Source: a virus
Lineage: Duplodnaviria; Caudoviricetes
Strand: one strand, 5' to 3'
Length of the DNA stretch: 61,746 nt
Virus record (IMG/VR): IMGVR_UViG_3300036783_000190
Coordinates: 1 to 61,746 of that record
Within the stretch, counting starts at the first letter, position 1, and each line of letters opens with the position of its first letter. Positions 38,301 to 48,365 of the stretch are shown one piece after another. A model generated the notes under the pieces. That model ran no database searches. It saw only the letters and a list, made by a program, of their open reading frames with translations, and was not told where the DNA came from. Made by a program: the position numbers and the translations under genes.

Positions 38301-40324
38301 AACATTTAAAAGCTGAAGATGCATCTATTGTTTTTGCAAATGCGAATAAAATAGAAGCAGAAAGTAAAGGATGGACCGAAAAAACAAAAGCATTTCTTTT
38401 TGGGAAAGAAACTTATGAAGAAGTTTCAAATCGTTTTAATTCCGACCAAGAACGTGCTGAAAAAGAACACAAGGACAAACTATTAGCATTTGAATTGCAA
38501 TATGGTAATTCAAAGATTGAAAGTATAGGAATGTATGTTGGAGAGTTACAGAAAGGGACAGAATCATCTCGTCTTTTGGCTGAGTCGATGGCAAGAGACA
38601 TTGATGGGCAAATGAAAATCGATTTAGGTCCAGCAGGACAATTCACTATAGATACATTCCTACAAAAACTTCAAAAAGGTGAATTAGATTCAAATGCTGT
38701 TGCAACTGCCAATGCAAATAAATTAAAAGATGTTTATAAAGTAGACCTTTCTCAAAGCGGTATTGAATCCATGCAAAAATGGATTGATGGTATTAAAACA
38801 AAAGATACCAGTCAAGTAAGAGAGTTTTTGAATAAGAATATGCAAGGTGACACTACTATCGATCTTGGAATCTACGGAAAAATGACTATGGATTCTTGGA
38901 TAACAGGTCTTCAAAATGGAACTTTATCTTTCGATACAGTATTTCAATTCTTCCAACAAAACGTTAAAAACGGGATGAATGTTGATGCTACACAAGAAGG
39001 GCAAAACAATATTCAGACAATGATTAACGGAATGCAAATTGGTGCACTATCTTTACCTCAGGTCGCGCAGACTATGGGGCTTGATATCAAAAGCAATGTT
39101 CAGGTAGATCTTGGAGAAGCAGGACAATTCAATGTACAGACACTTGTTCAAGGAATGCAAAATGGTTCAATAAACGCCGAACTAGCAGCTAAAGCTGTCG
39201 CTTTATTAATTCAAAATGGCGCGAAAGTAGATTTAACACAAGTTGGATTTGACACAAGTCAAACACAAGCCAATGGAATTACAGGTAATAAAGCACCAGA
39301 ACAAGCGGCAACAGGTAAGAAACAAGCCGTTGAAGGGATAATAGGGAGCACAACTGATGGTGGTGGCGGTAGTAAAAGTGGTAGCGAATTAGGACAAGGG
39401 ATTATAAGTCAAGATGGCTATATAAGAGGGAGTGCTTTACAAGTTATCGCTAGTGCTCACAGCTCTTTTAATACAATTGACGGTAATCCGGCTGGTAATC
39501 AAGGTGGACAAGGTGTTGCGAGTGGTATTGTTAATCAAAATGGTGTCATTAGAGGTAGTGCACTTGAAGCAGTATCTTCGGCTCATGGTGGATTTAATAC
39601 TATCAATGGTAACCCATCTGGTCAAAAAGGCGGTAGTGAATTTGCACAAGGACTTGAAAATACAAAAGGACAAGCTAGCGCAAGTGGTAAAAACGTAGCT
39701 GAGTCCGGAAAGTCTGGTTTAGGAAGTGTAAGCGCGAACAGTGTAGGTGGAAGCTTTGCAGAAGGATTTGCTTCAGGGATGGATAGCAAAGGTTCGTATA
39801 TTTCTAGAGTAGCATCTGGTTTAGCACAAGGGGCCTTTGAGGCGATGAAAGCTACACTAAATATTAACTCCCCATCTAGATTAGTAAGAGATGGAGCAGG
39901 GAAACCGTTCGGTGAAGGTTTTGAAGTTGGTATTTCTCAAAGTGCTAGAAATGTAGAGAAAGCGAGTGAAAATCTAGCCTTTTCAGCTTATGACTCGTTA
40001 CGTAGTGGATTTAATAAAGGTTCATTCTCGAACATAATGAATCCGTTCACTGATAGCATCCCAGATGGCATTAATTTAAATAGGAATGTTAAATACGTAT
40101 TAGGTCAGTCGTATGAAGAGCCTACAAATGTACCAAGTTTTGCACAAGTATCACGTTCACCACAACAGCCAAATGTACCTAGTCAGAATGAGTTAGCACA
40201 AAGAAAACCGCTTCAAATTGTAATCAACGACAGGTCTTTAGCAGAGGTTTTAATATCACCACTTGATTTGTTACAAGGGAATCAATACAGCACTAGTCTA
40301 TTTGTACAGGGGGTAAAGGTGTGA
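35330..40324 (+). CDS. Tape measure protein
   Basis: 1664 aa; TP901-type core FEQQMANVKAVSGA..GSDAGTSL; NSPSR near C-terminus. Confidence 0.95.
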   Translation: MLANEINNLVVRLSLDNVDFRQGISTSGRAVKTLQNELKSVSTGMGGFANASDQTRAKVDVLNRVIEAQKEKVKSLRTAYDQNKAKLGENDAATQRYAAQVNRAVADLNRFENELKQVNRQADQKGIDKLSNTMKALQAELQSVSTGMGGFANRSEQAHAKVDVLNRMVETQRQKVQQLSDAYNRSQQAEGATSQSTQRYAEQLHRATTELNRFETELQQANRHLDEQSNRMMNTGRRMETMGNNLQNAGMQIGLVFGGMAYAMGRGLKSAVEESINFEQQMANVKAVSGATGTEMETLSKLAVKYGEDTKYSSVEAGKGIEELIKAGVSLTDIINGGLEGALNLASAGELELADAAEIASTALNAFKADNLSVSQAADLLAGAANASATSVGEMKFGLSMVSAVAAGVGLSFKDTTTALALFAQNGLKGSDAGTSLKTMLANLIPKSNEAYDMFKELGLVSIDTGKAMQFLGEKGIKPASTSFKDVTGALEKYAAKQAGVKVGSEKADKAFQKLTFSTGIMHNAFFDANGNLKEMSDIAEVVQMAMSGLTAEQRQSYMYTLFGSDAIRAANILYKEGADGVKNMYTEMSKVTALETAQTKMNTMKGRIEELSGSFDTMKKTIGDALMPVVGVLVSGLQYLVDGFNNLSPGVQKFISISAGVIFGLTAIAAVGATILAGIGGVIAGVGILTTSIASAGGVVAILGTAFTALTGPVGLTVLGIAGATAAIGYFINESQKASEETSKFGGRVSEGTRQAAGAYIDLKDKAINNMIDLKLKTGEEANKAADETIKAFQRMTNEVIKELEGKKSEFNKMFSQLMGSVPESAQKTLEQVKNNVIESINKEIEVATQAENILEEGIKRYQGDTMKMPKDFAQKFDQALQVADKNVQQFYTKAKEINSISKEIESGGMLSVDAGKKRFESIIKVYEDGVKSLEKQTKGWRENVDKAFKMGEIKPEERKATLDAIALYESKHVSDLQTIRGDAFKKLEEHLKAEDASIVFANANKIEAESKGWTEKTKAFLFGKETYEEVSNRFNSDQERAEKEHKDKLLAFELQYGNSKIESIGMYVGELQKGTESSRLLAESMARDIDGQMKIDLGPAGQFTIDTFLQKLQKGELDSNAVATANANKLKDVYKVDLSQSGIESMQKWIDGIKTKDTSQVREFLNKNMQGDTTIDLGIYGKMTMDSWITGLQNGTLSFDTVFQFFQQNVKNGMNVDATQEGQNNIQTMINGMQIGALSLPQVAQTMGLDIKSNVQVDLGEAGQFNVQTLVQGMQNGSINAELAAKAVALLIQNGAKVDLTQVGFDTSQTQANGITGNKAPEQAATGKKQAVEGIIGSTTDGGGGSKSGSELGQGIISQDGYIRGSALQVIASAHSSFNTIDGNPAGNQGGQGVASGIVNQNGVIRGSALEAVSSAHGGFNTINGNPSGQKGGSEFAQGLENTKGQASASGKNVAESGKSGLGSVSANSVGGSFAEGFASGMDSKGSYISRVASGLAQGAFEAMKATLNINSPSRLVRDGAGKPFGEGFEVGISQSARNVEKASENLAFSAYDSLRSGFNKGSFSNIMNPFTDSIPDGINLNRNVKYVLGQSYEEPTNVPSFAQVSRSPQQPNVPSQNELAQRKPLQIVINDRSLAEVLISPLDLLQGNQYSTSLFVQGVKV

Positions 40325-41166
40325 GTGAACAAACATTAACCATTACAAAATCAGATGGACAAAAAAATATTATATCGACAAATAAAGATATGAGAGTACT
40401 AACATTCTTACCTTCATCACCTTTATTCAATGCACAATATGATAAGTTACCTGGTCGCCATGGTGAATTAGATTTACCTGGTGGAAGCTTTGGTTCTCAA
40501 GAGAGTATAAAGTCGCGAATATTCTTTCGTTCGAGAGATATTTACGACTTTTATTTATTTAGAGATGAAATATTTCGCTTGTTTGCTTCACAAGAAGCCT
40601 TCTATATAACTACTAATAGAGAGCCAGGAAAACGATGGAAAGTAAGGGTTGCAGCGAAATATGAAATTGAACCAAAAGGTAATGGTTCTTATGGAGTATT
40701 TGATATTGTATTCAAATCAGCATCTCCGTTTTGTGAATCGATTGGCACAACACTAAGTCCCTTTACTTTTGACTCGGATTTATGGCAAATAGGTCAAGGG
40801 TTAATTGCAGAGGATACAAAGTATACGCATAATACTACGTCATTCCGTATCTATAACGGCGGTGCTGTTGATATTGACCCGAGATCAATGCCTTTGAAGA
40901 TAAAATACACAGGTATGTCTAATAATCTATCAATAAAAAACGTTACTACAGGTGACCTTTGGAATTACGCAGGTATCACAACAACAGAGCACGATATTAT
41001 TACTCTAGATGGTGTCAAATCATATCGAAATGCGGTAGGAAGTATTTTTAGAAATACGAATTGGGGATTAATCACATTAAAATCAGGCTGGAACGACTTT
41101 GTGTTAACTGGTGCAACAGGCACTTTTAAAATTGAATTTGATTTTAGGTTTTATTATTTCTCATAA
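40321..41166 (+). CDS. Distal tail protein (Dit)
   Basis: Follows TMP; EPGKRW..SPF..LKSGWN. Confidence 0.85.
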   Translation: MSEQTLTITKSDGQKNIISTNKDMRVLTFLPSSPLFNAQYDKLPGRHGELDLPGGSFGSQESIKSRIFFRSRDIYDFYLFRDEIFRLFASQEAFYITTNREPGKRWKVRVAAKYEIEPKGNGSYGVFDIVFKSASPFCESIGTTLSPFTFDSDLWQIGQGLIAEDTKYTHNTTSFRIYNGGAVDIDPRSMPLKIKYTGMSNNLSIKNVTTGDLWNYAGITTTEHDIITLDGVKSYRNAVGSIFRNTNWGLITLKSGWNDFVLTGATGTFKIEFDFRFYYFS

Positions 41167-41169
41167 GGA

Positions 41170-42825
41170 TTGATGATTATGCTCGTAGTTACTGGGATTA
41201 ATGGACAAAAAGAATTATTAACAGATTATAAAGATGTTAGAAGGAAGAGGAGGGTGAATGGAGAACACTCTCTTTCTTTTTTTCAATATAATACTCCAAA
41301 TGTTTCTCACGCTTATAATTTGCTAGATAAGCGAGCAAAGATTGAAGATAAATATGGTGACGAATACATCATATTAGGAATTAGTAAAACAGGGCACAAT
41401 GGAAAATCAATTTCGTGCCTTCACATATTCTTTGATGATTTTATGAAATATCAATATGGCAAACTTGATGGATATACAAACTTTAAACAATGTATGGATT
41501 TTATTTTTAAAGATTCTGGTTGGAAATATATAAATCAAGGTGCATTTGAAGCGACACGTTTCGAAAACTTCGGGAGGGATTCAAGGCTCTCTTTATTACA
41601 AACAGCTTTAAATCGTTATAAGGCTGAATTTTCGATTGATAATAAAAATAAAACTATTACGTTCAAAAATCAGATTGGTAAAGAAACAGATGCGCAATTC
41701 CGATACGGGCACAATTTAAAAACATTTGGAGAAGAGACTAATATGAATAACTTTGCCACCTATATCCGTGGTTATGGGAGTAAAGAAATACCGTCAAATA
41801 AACCAGATGAACAGCCGACAAAAGAAGAATTCATGGTGGAATATACTTCGCCACTAGCTAAAGTGTATGGAATTATAGATCAAAAGCCTGTGGAGGATGA
41901 GCGCTATAACTCAAAAGAAACAATGTTACAGCGATTAAAAGAGGAAATAAACGATACCCCGGAGACTAAATTCAATGTAACAATTGCAAACCTTATTGAA
42001 AACGGTCTACCTTTACATGAATTTAATTATGGTGACTATGTATATATGTTTTATGAAGATGCGGGTATCTCTATAAAAATAAGGATAGTAGATATGGTAG
42101 ATGATCCGACAGATAAAACATTTAGTCCCGTTGTTGAGTTATCTTCTTTTAAAGAGTTGAAAACGATGAGTCATATTATGGCGCAGTTTCAACAAACGCA
42201 AAGGCAAGTGCAACAACTTATGGACGATGGTGGTAATTTAACCCTTTCATTAAAACGTTTATATAGAAATTCAAATCACTTTTCTGATCATACTGGAGAT
42301 TGGTATATCTCTCCTGATGATCCAAATGCATACGTCCATATTGGTGCAGGAGGCCTTGATTGTCATCGAGGTCTGATTCGTGTTGAGCGAGAGGACGGTT
42401 ACGCCATTATAATTGGCGGTGTCCTTCAGCATGGGTTTGATATCAATGGTCACGAACCACCATATACAGAGGTAGACAGAGCTAGTTGGTGGTGGGTAAT
42501 GGATAAAGCAGACAGGCTTTATAATTGCCAATACTACACATTTGAACACAAGTCACGCTATTTAAACGTGCTAATCGGACAATTAGCAGAAGAAGGAACA
42601 GCTTGTGAAGTTGCAATTTTGGATGGTGATGGGAATACGGTATTAGCTAGAAATGTATCGAATAACACTAATCAAAATGATCCAATCGCAGTTTACGGAC
42701 ATCGTTTTGAAATAGATTTAGGAGTTCCAACAGGCGAGGAACGAAGCGTGTATATTCGCATGCGTCCTACTGTCGAAGGAAAGAGAGCCTATTGTCGTAA
42801 AATCCGCATGTGGCTAGATCGATAG
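41170..42825 (+). CDS. Tal/tail endopeptidase-family baseplate protein
   Basis: FRYGHNL..TYIRGYG..EYTSP. Confidence 0.85.
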   Translation: MMIMLVVTGINGQKELLTDYKDVRRKRRVNGEHSLSFFQYNTPNVSHAYNLLDKRAKIEDKYGDEYIILGISKTGHNGKSISCLHIFFDDFMKYQYGKLDGYTNFKQCMDFIFKDSGWKYINQGAFEATRFENFGRDSRLSLLQTALNRYKAEFSIDNKNKTITFKNQIGKETDAQFRYGHNLKTFGEETNMNNFATYIRGYGSKEIPSNKPDEQPTKEEFMVEYTSPLAKVYGIIDQKPVEDERYNSKETMLQRLKEEINDTPETKFNVTIANLIENGLPLHEFNYGDYVYMFYEDAGISIKIRIVDMVDDPTDKTFSPVVELSSFKELKTMSHIMAQFQQTQRQVQQLMDDGGNLTLSLKRLYRNSNHFSDHTGDWYISPDDPNAYVHIGAGGLDCHRGLIRVEREDGYAIIIGGVLQHGFDINGHEPPYTEVDRASWWWVMDKADRLYNCQYYTFEHKSRYLNVLIGQLAEEGTACEVAILDGDGNTVLARNVSNNTNQNDPIAVYGHRFEIDLGVPTGEERSVYIRMRPTVEGKRAYCRKIRMWLDR

Positions 42826-42874
42826 ATTAAAAGTATTAAAAAACGAATTTTATATAAATTAGGAGGAATTATTC

Positions 42875-43180
42875 ATGAAATCAGTTCAAATTTACTTAGG
42901 AAAACCTCAAACAAATAAATTAGTAGTATGTGATGTACAACAAAATCAACAAGTTACTGTAAAACAATTAATTTTGAATAACGCATTAGAAACTGAGCAA
43001 ACGGTAACGTTGACACTTAACACTATTGACATCATGACTGTAAAAGTGAAACCTGGATACAATGTACTTGATACATTTATCGTACTAAATTCAGGAGATA
43101 AACTGTTAATTCAACAAGAAACAGAAAACGCAGTAAACGTAATGATTAACGGAACTGCAGAATCTACTACTCAATATTAA
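42875..43180 (+). CDS. Small beta-rich tail-associated protein
   Basis: AGGAGG RBS; synteny. Confidence 0.65.
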   Translation: MKSVQIYLGKPQTNKLVVCDVQQNQQVTVKQLILNNALETEQTVTLTLNTIDIMTVKVKPGYNVLDTFIVLNSGDKLLIQQETENAVNVMINGTAESTTQY

Positions 43181-43259
43181 AAGGGAGCCTTTTGGGCTCT
43201 CTTTCTTTTTAGTAAAAACATGCCGAACAACAATGTTAATGAAAAGATAGGTGATGTAA

Positions 43260-45287
43260 ATGCCAATGAATTTAGATCGATGGGGCAATGATTTATATGA
43301 CAGGAAATTACGGAACGGAACGAATAACAACTGGGATAAAATTGAAGGTTCCTACAGCAATATCGAAAAAACGAGTAATAAAGCGACATTGGATGCCACG
43401 GCAGCAATAACAAAAGCAAGTTCAGCTAATGAATTATCAAAAAATATTCAAGAGCAATTAAATAAAGCGGTAATTCAAGGAGATTCCTCAGTTGAAGCAG
43501 CGCAAGCGCGTGTAGCTTTAAACGGAACAACATTTAACGTCCTGAATGATAGATTGAATTACATGGAAGCGAGCAACCCTGAGACTGGAATCATCGCTTT
43601 TACACACGATGATGGATTTTTTGAAGATCGCTTAACGTATAGCGTTTTTAAGGAATACGGTCTCCCATGTACTTTTGCACTCATTAAAGATAAGGTATTT
43701 AGTTATAACTACATCGATAACTATCGTCAATACCAACAAGATGGATTTACTATTATGTCACACAGTTGCACTCATCAAGATATGAGTACTGAAGCAATGT
43801 CATTGCAAGAAGCAGGATATGAAATTGCTAATAGCGCTAATTGTTTTGGTAAATTTGGATTAAGCGTAAATGGATGGGTAACCCCAAATAGTACACTAAA
43901 TGATAAGTATTTAGATTTAATTAAATCGAACTACGATTATGCGGTTACAAGATTCAACGGAACTTTGGATAGCGACGCTATTGGTCATATAAAAAAGTCT
44001 CATGATCCGTATAAAATGTATCGCTACAGCTTAACTTACAATAGCCTGGATAGAATCAAGAAGGCTATTGACAATTGTATTAAAGAACGTGGGCTACTAT
44101 TGTTTTACGATCACCGTACCGGAGCTGGTTCTGGTCATGTGGAAGAAGCAAAATTAAGAGAGATATTAGCCTATGCAAAATCTAAAGTAGAAAGCAAACA
44201 ATGTCGTGTGCTCAATATGAATGACGCTATTAGTTCGTTTTTCGGAAAACAATTAATTGATAAGACAAAAGGAAGTGCAACAATTAACGTTTCACCAAGT
44301 TTATTTGATAATACAGTGTCAGGATTAACGGAAAAAAAGTGGTTTTTCTCAAAACATGGTAATGATTTAGGTGAGGCTTACAAAACAGTATCGTTGAACA
44401 GCGAAAATATCGGTATGGTTGAGTATTACGGAATGATTCCAAAAGGGAAAGGTAATAGCTTACAAACGAAATTACCATTAAATAATTTAAATATGAATAA
44501 CATCGAAAGTCAGAATGTGTATTTCGCACAAGATGTTTGGGTAGATGGTGATATTTCAAAAGCCAAATTTACATTTGAAGTAAGGTTTTACGCTAAAGAT
44601 GGGAGTTACGACGGTACGCATGTGCATAAAATTAATGTAGGTAATAAACGGATGAGATTCGAGGCTGTTTCAACTCCTTATAAGTTAATGGATTTTAGTT
44701 ATGCAATGGTATACCTTCGGTTTGAGGCTTTAGAAAACATTGAATCGACCTTTAAATTTTATCTAGGAAAACCTGTTATTTCTTTTGGTATTCCTAAAGA
44801 GGATCTTACACCTGTACGGGAAACGCCGAGTTTAGATAATAAAGAAATAAGATTATCTCTCGATGCAAGTACTTCATTAGGGGTACCGTGGTCCCCAAGA
44901 ACTTGGATTAGGTATTCGCTACCAACATATGAAAATAGTTATTTAAAAAGCTCATCCACTTCCACTTTTGAAGTGAAAGTGAGTGGGTTCTACAATATGA
45001 ATTTTAATGTACATTTCAATGTAGATGCATCAGGTTCACCTAATGCATCTTCACGTATGGTATTTGATATTGGCAAGAGTGGATTTGATCCAAACGTAGC
45101 AGAAAGAAGTATTTGTTATTTTAGACCACCGGATGATCGCTTTTCTGTCCAAGCAAATCACCTATTATATTTAGAAAAAGGTGAAAATGTTTATATTCGT
45201 GGATTTTATGATGATACGATAGGAACATGTACAGAGTACAAAGAAAAGGCGACTATAAGTGTAATGTACATGGGATTCAAATCTTAA
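43260..45287 (+). CDS. Receptor-binding/tail protein with NodB-type polysaccharide deacetylase domain and beta-sandwich C-terminus
   Basis: SVEAAQAR anchor; FTHDDG, MSHSCTH, WVTPN, LFYDH motifs. Confidence 0.75.
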   Translation: MPMNLDRWGNDLYDRKLRNGTNNNWDKIEGSYSNIEKTSNKATLDATAAITKASSANELSKNIQEQLNKAVIQGDSSVEAAQARVALNGTTFNVLNDRLNYMEASNPETGIIAFTHDDGFFEDRLTYSVFKEYGLPCTFALIKDKVFSYNYIDNYRQYQQDGFTIMSHSCTHQDMSTEAMSLQEAGYEIANSANCFGKFGLSVNGWVTPNSTLNDKYLDLIKSNYDYAVTRFNGTLDSDAIGHIKKSHDPYKMYRYSLTYNSLDRIKKAIDNCIKERGLLLFYDHRTGAGSGHVEEAKLREILAYAKSKVESKQCRVLNMNDAISSFFGKQLIDKTKGSATINVSPSLFDNTVSGLTEKKWFFSKHGNDLGEAYKTVSLNSENIGMVEYYGMIPKGKGNSLQTKLPLNNLNMNNIESQNVYFAQDVWVDGDISKAKFTFEVRFYAKDGSYDGTHVHKINVGNKRMRFEAVSTPYKLMDFSYAMVYLRFEALENIESTFKFYLGKPVISFGIPKEDLTPVRETPSLDNKEIRLSLDASTSLGVPWSPRTWIRYSLPTYENSYLKSSSTSTFEVKVSGFYNMNFNVHFNVDASGSPNASSRMVFDIGKSGFDPNVAERSICYFRPPDDRFSVQANHLLYLEKGENVYIRGFYDDTIGTCTEYKEKATISVMYMGFKS

Positions 45288-45403
45288 CAAACGCATTTGA
45301 TGTGGGGTAAGTATCTTTTTGAAAGAAAGACTTAGGGAATTAGATTAATAAAAAGTGATTTAACAAACGCTATTCCTAGTGTTCATTAAATCACTAATTT
45401 AAA

Positions 45404-45748
45404 TTAATCTTGTGAATCTGCGTCGTCATACAGCTCTGAATTCGAACTGTGTCTATCACTTTCTGAACTTTCATTAGCGTTTTTCATAGCTGCTGTAACA
45501 AATGCTGTTGTCATTACTGCATTCATCCAACTTGCTTCAGCATCATTAGCATTGGTTCCTGGATGGTTCTGATTACTATTTTCTTGTGTTGAGGAATGAT
45601 TTTTTAATTCTTTTTCAATAGATTTGTTATGTTTTTTCTTCCTACCAAAAATCTTCATAAATACTTTTAATATAAAACACGCAATGAAGACTATTAGAAG
45701 AAAGAAAAAGAAAATTAATGATAAATCAATTATCTCTTCCATATGCAT
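45404..45748 (-). CDS. Single-TM moron protein
   Basis: Opposite strand between tail and lysis genes. Confidence 0.6.
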   Translation of the reverse strand: MHMEEIIDLSLIFFFFLLIVFIACFILKVFMKIFGRKKKHNKSIEKELKNHSSTQENSNQNHPGTNANDAEASWMNAVMTTAFVTAAMKNANESSESDRHSSNSELYDDADSQD

Positions 45749-45908
45749 ACCTGCTTTCTACTTTAAACGATAACAAAGAACGCGGTACAATAAAACATTA
45801 TGAGGAAAATAAATAATAGTAAAATCATTCTGAATAAAATACGGCTTTTATAACAAACCCAAGCGTGCTTATAGCATGCTTTTTTATTTTTAGAAAAGGA
45901 GTGAAAGT

Positions 45909-46148
45909 ATGGCTGAATTAAAACACGATGATATGAAAGAACTACTTGTTGGACTAACAAGAGTAGAAACGAAACTAGATACATTAGGCAATGTAAAAGA
46001 AGTTGCAATTGAAGCCCAGCAATCAGCAAAAAGCGCGCATATGCGTGTAGACAGATTAGATAAGCTAGTATTTTGGCTTGGGACAACAGTTATAGGTGCC
46101 GTGATTGTAGGAGCGATTACGGCGCTATTTAAATTCGGTGGAAAGTGA
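45909..46148 (+). CDS. XhlA-family holin-like protein
   Basis: Coiled N-terminus + C-terminal TM. Confidence 0.85.
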   Translation: MAELKHDDMKELLVGLTRVETKLDTLGNVKEVAIEAQQSAKSAHMRVDRLDKLVFWLGTTVIGAVIVGAITALFKFGGK

Positions 46149-46189
46149 TCGTATACCGGTCGCTTTTTTATTTGAAAGGAATTGAGAAT

Positions 46190-46420
46190 ATGAAAAATCT
46201 AGATACAGCTTCAATTAGTCGCTATGTCGTATTAGTAATTGCTGTGATTAATAGTGTCTTAAATCTTGTTGGATACCAAACGATTGATGACAAAATCACA
46301 AACGATTTAGTGGCTGTCATTAGTGGAGCTTTCACTCTGTATATGGCTTGGAAAAACAACTATTTAAGTAACAAAGGATTACAACAAAAAGATGTATTAG
46401 AAAAACACAATTTACATTAA
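46190..46420 (+). CDS. SPP1-type holin
   Basis: Two TMs; AWKNNYLS.KG. Confidence 0.88.
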   Translation: MKNLDTASISRYVVLVIAVINSVLNLVGYQTIDDKITNDLVAVISGAFTLYMAWKNNYLSNKGLQQKDVLEKHNLH

Positions 46421-46436
46421 AAGGAGATGTTGAATA

Positions 46437-47261
46437 ATGGGACACATTGTAGATATTTCAAAATGGAACGGTAATATTAATTGGGATGTAGCAGCACCGC
46501 AACTTGATTTAGCAATTTGTCGTGTTCAATACGGTTCAAAGAAAGTAGATGAATGGTATCAACGTTATGTAGCAAAATTAGAAGAATGCGGTGTACCTCA
46601 TGCAGCATATGCTTATGGATGCTATATTTCTATTAGTGATGCAGTTGTGGAAGCGGATGATTTTATGTCTCGTACAAGCCCGAATGCTAAGTTCCTTGTG
46701 CTAGATGTTGAAGATGATACATTGCAATCATGTGGAGCTGATAATCTTGCCACAGCATCCCAAGCGTTTATCGATCGCTGTAAATCAAAAGGATGGAAAG
46801 TTGGTTTATATCTGAGCCACCACATGTATAGCAAATATGGTTTGAATGGTGTAAAAGCAGATTTCCTTTGGATTCCACGTTATGGTGGTAAAGAACCAGC
46901 TTATGCTTGCGATATCTGGCAATACACTGAAACAGGTAATGTTCCTGGTATCGGTAAATGTGATTTAAATAAATTGATTGGTAGTAAGCCTTTATCTTGG
47001 TTTACAAATGCAGGAGAAAGTAATGCAGCACCAGTTGAAGGTGATGACGGCCGTAGGAAGATAAAAACAGGTGGTTTAGGATTCGATGCTATTAAAGAAG
47101 TATCTGAAGTCCTTGCGGCAAGAAATATCGAGGGCGCTGTTCGATTTGAAGGTGATGGTTCTGATCCTTATGTACTAACAGAAAAGCTTGCGAATCCTCA
47201 ATTAGATAACTTTACAGCTTGGTTAGATGAGCGTAAATGGCATTGGGATTATTTGAAGTAA
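46437..47261 (+). CDS. GH25 muramidase endolysin
   Basis: VDISKWNG, LDVE, LWIPRY, WQYT, CDLN. Confidence 0.93.
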   Translation: MGHIVDISKWNGNINWDVAAPQLDLAICRVQYGSKKVDEWYQRYVAKLEECGVPHAAYAYGCYISISDAVVEADDFMSRTSPNAKFLVLDVEDDTLQSCGADNLATASQAFIDRCKSKGWKVGLYLSHHMYSKYGLNGVKADFLWIPRYGGKEPAYACDIWQYTETGNVPGIGKCDLNKLIGSKPLSWFTNAGESNAAPVEGDDGRRKIKTGGLGFDAIKEVSEVLAARNIEGAVRFEGDGSDPYVLTEKLANPQLDNFTAWLDERKWHWDYLK

Positions 47262-47265
47262 AAAC

Positions 47266-47294
47266 AAGAGCCGTCCTTTTGGGCGGCTTTTTTT
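47266..47294 (+). terminator. Terminator after lysin
   Basis: AGCCGTCC-TTTT-GGGCGGCT-TTTTT. Confidence 0.8.
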
Positions 47295-47583
47295 ATGCGT
47301 TTAATAATTTTTTAGCGTTCTCATAGACACCTAAAATATTGTTAGCTAAGATATTGTTATTTTGGATATCTTTAAAATCATTTTCAACTTCAGTGTATTG
47401 CTCAAAGAGTTCATAATTATAAATTTGTTCTTTTTTTAATGATCTTTCTACTTGTTTTAATATGTTTTTGATCTCTCTTTTATAAAAATCATTTGTTTGT
47501 TTTTCATCAACCATATCTAATTCCCCCTCTTTGGAAATAACAACCTGTATTTCTAAAATACGCCTATTCCCAAAAAAATTCAA
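47293..47583 (-). CDS. Hypothetical (probable start MVDEK)
   Basis: GAGGGG RBS before internal ATG. Confidence 0.55.
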   Translation of the reverse strand: MNFFGNRRILEIQVVISKEGELDMVDEKQTNDFYKREIKNILKQVERSLKKEQIYNYELFEQYTEVENDFKDIQNNNILANNILGVYENAKKLLNA

Positions 47584-47662
47584 TTATACAAACATAAAAA
47601 TATGTATTTCTTCATATTTTTTTAGATATTTTATGAACAAATTGAAACATTGTACATATTAT

Positions 47663-47902
47663 TTACATCCAGAAATCATGTTCATCTATGTTCTTCCCCA
47701 ATTTCTTCAAACCTTTAACGATTTGAATTATTGTGGAAAATTTAGGTCTATATTTCTTATCATTACACAGCTTAGAAATAGTAGCTGTACTTAGTTTCGA
47801 TGTTTTTTCCAATTCAATTTGCGCTATTCCATTACGATCAAGATAGTGACCAAATTTTGTACGCTTTTTCCCCAATCCAAACACGTTTATCACCTCATCC
47901 AC
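47663..47902 (-). CDS. Small XRE-like HTH regulator of the ftsK module
   Basis: FGLGKKRTKFG..LSTATISKLCND..YRPK. Confidence 0.8.
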   Translation of the reverse strand: MDEVINVFGLGKKRTKFGHYLDRNGIAQIELEKTSKLSTATISKLCNDKKYRPKFSTIIQIVKGLKKLGKNIDEHDFWM

Positions 47903-47977
47903 ATCTTGACCTATTTCTTACTTTTTTAAACTAATGCAAAAAAATAAGAAATTGTCCAAGCTGTACACCATATGCTT

Positions 47978-48095
47978 TATCAAGGTCGCTACCAAAGCAG
48001 CTATCAAAGCAAATAGCTTAATTGCTATCAAGGTAACTAGTATTTGTACTATCAAATTAGCTATCAAGTTAGCTATCAAAGTAACACTACCAAGG
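47978..48095 (+). repeat. Iteron-like (G)CTA(T/C)CAA direct repeats (~8)
   Basis: Direct reading between HTH and ftsK operon. Confidence 0.75.
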
Positions 48096-48159
48096 TATTA
48101 AGCCGATAAACCTATGTATCATTAGGATTTCAAATTCTGTTTATAAAGGGGAGTTTTAT

Positions 48160-48354
48160 ATGTTAACTACATTCATTTCTTTAGGAGCACTAGGAACAAT
48201 TACAATTGGTGGAGCGATATTAGAAAAGAATCTTGTAAAAAATGATCACGTTGCAGCAGCTAAACTTTTAAGTGATGGAATGTATCACGGAATGCGAATA
48301 GGCGGAGTTTGTTTCATTGGCTATGTATTTATCAAAATCTTAATCATGTTTTAG
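48160..48354 (+). CDS. Small 2-TM membrane protein
   Basis: GGGGAG RBS; hydrophobic. Confidence 0.75.
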   Translation: MLTTFISLGALGTITIGGAILEKNLVKNDHVAAAKLLSDGMYHGMRIGGVCFIGYVFIKILIMF

Positions 48355-48365
48355 GGGGTGCTCCT

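Noticed and set aside
12138-46834. Many antisense ORFs in the track (e.g. 13850-14371, 31387-31929, 35911-36885)
   Set aside because: Shadow frames of well-supported plus-strand genes, with no RBS or recognisable motifs.
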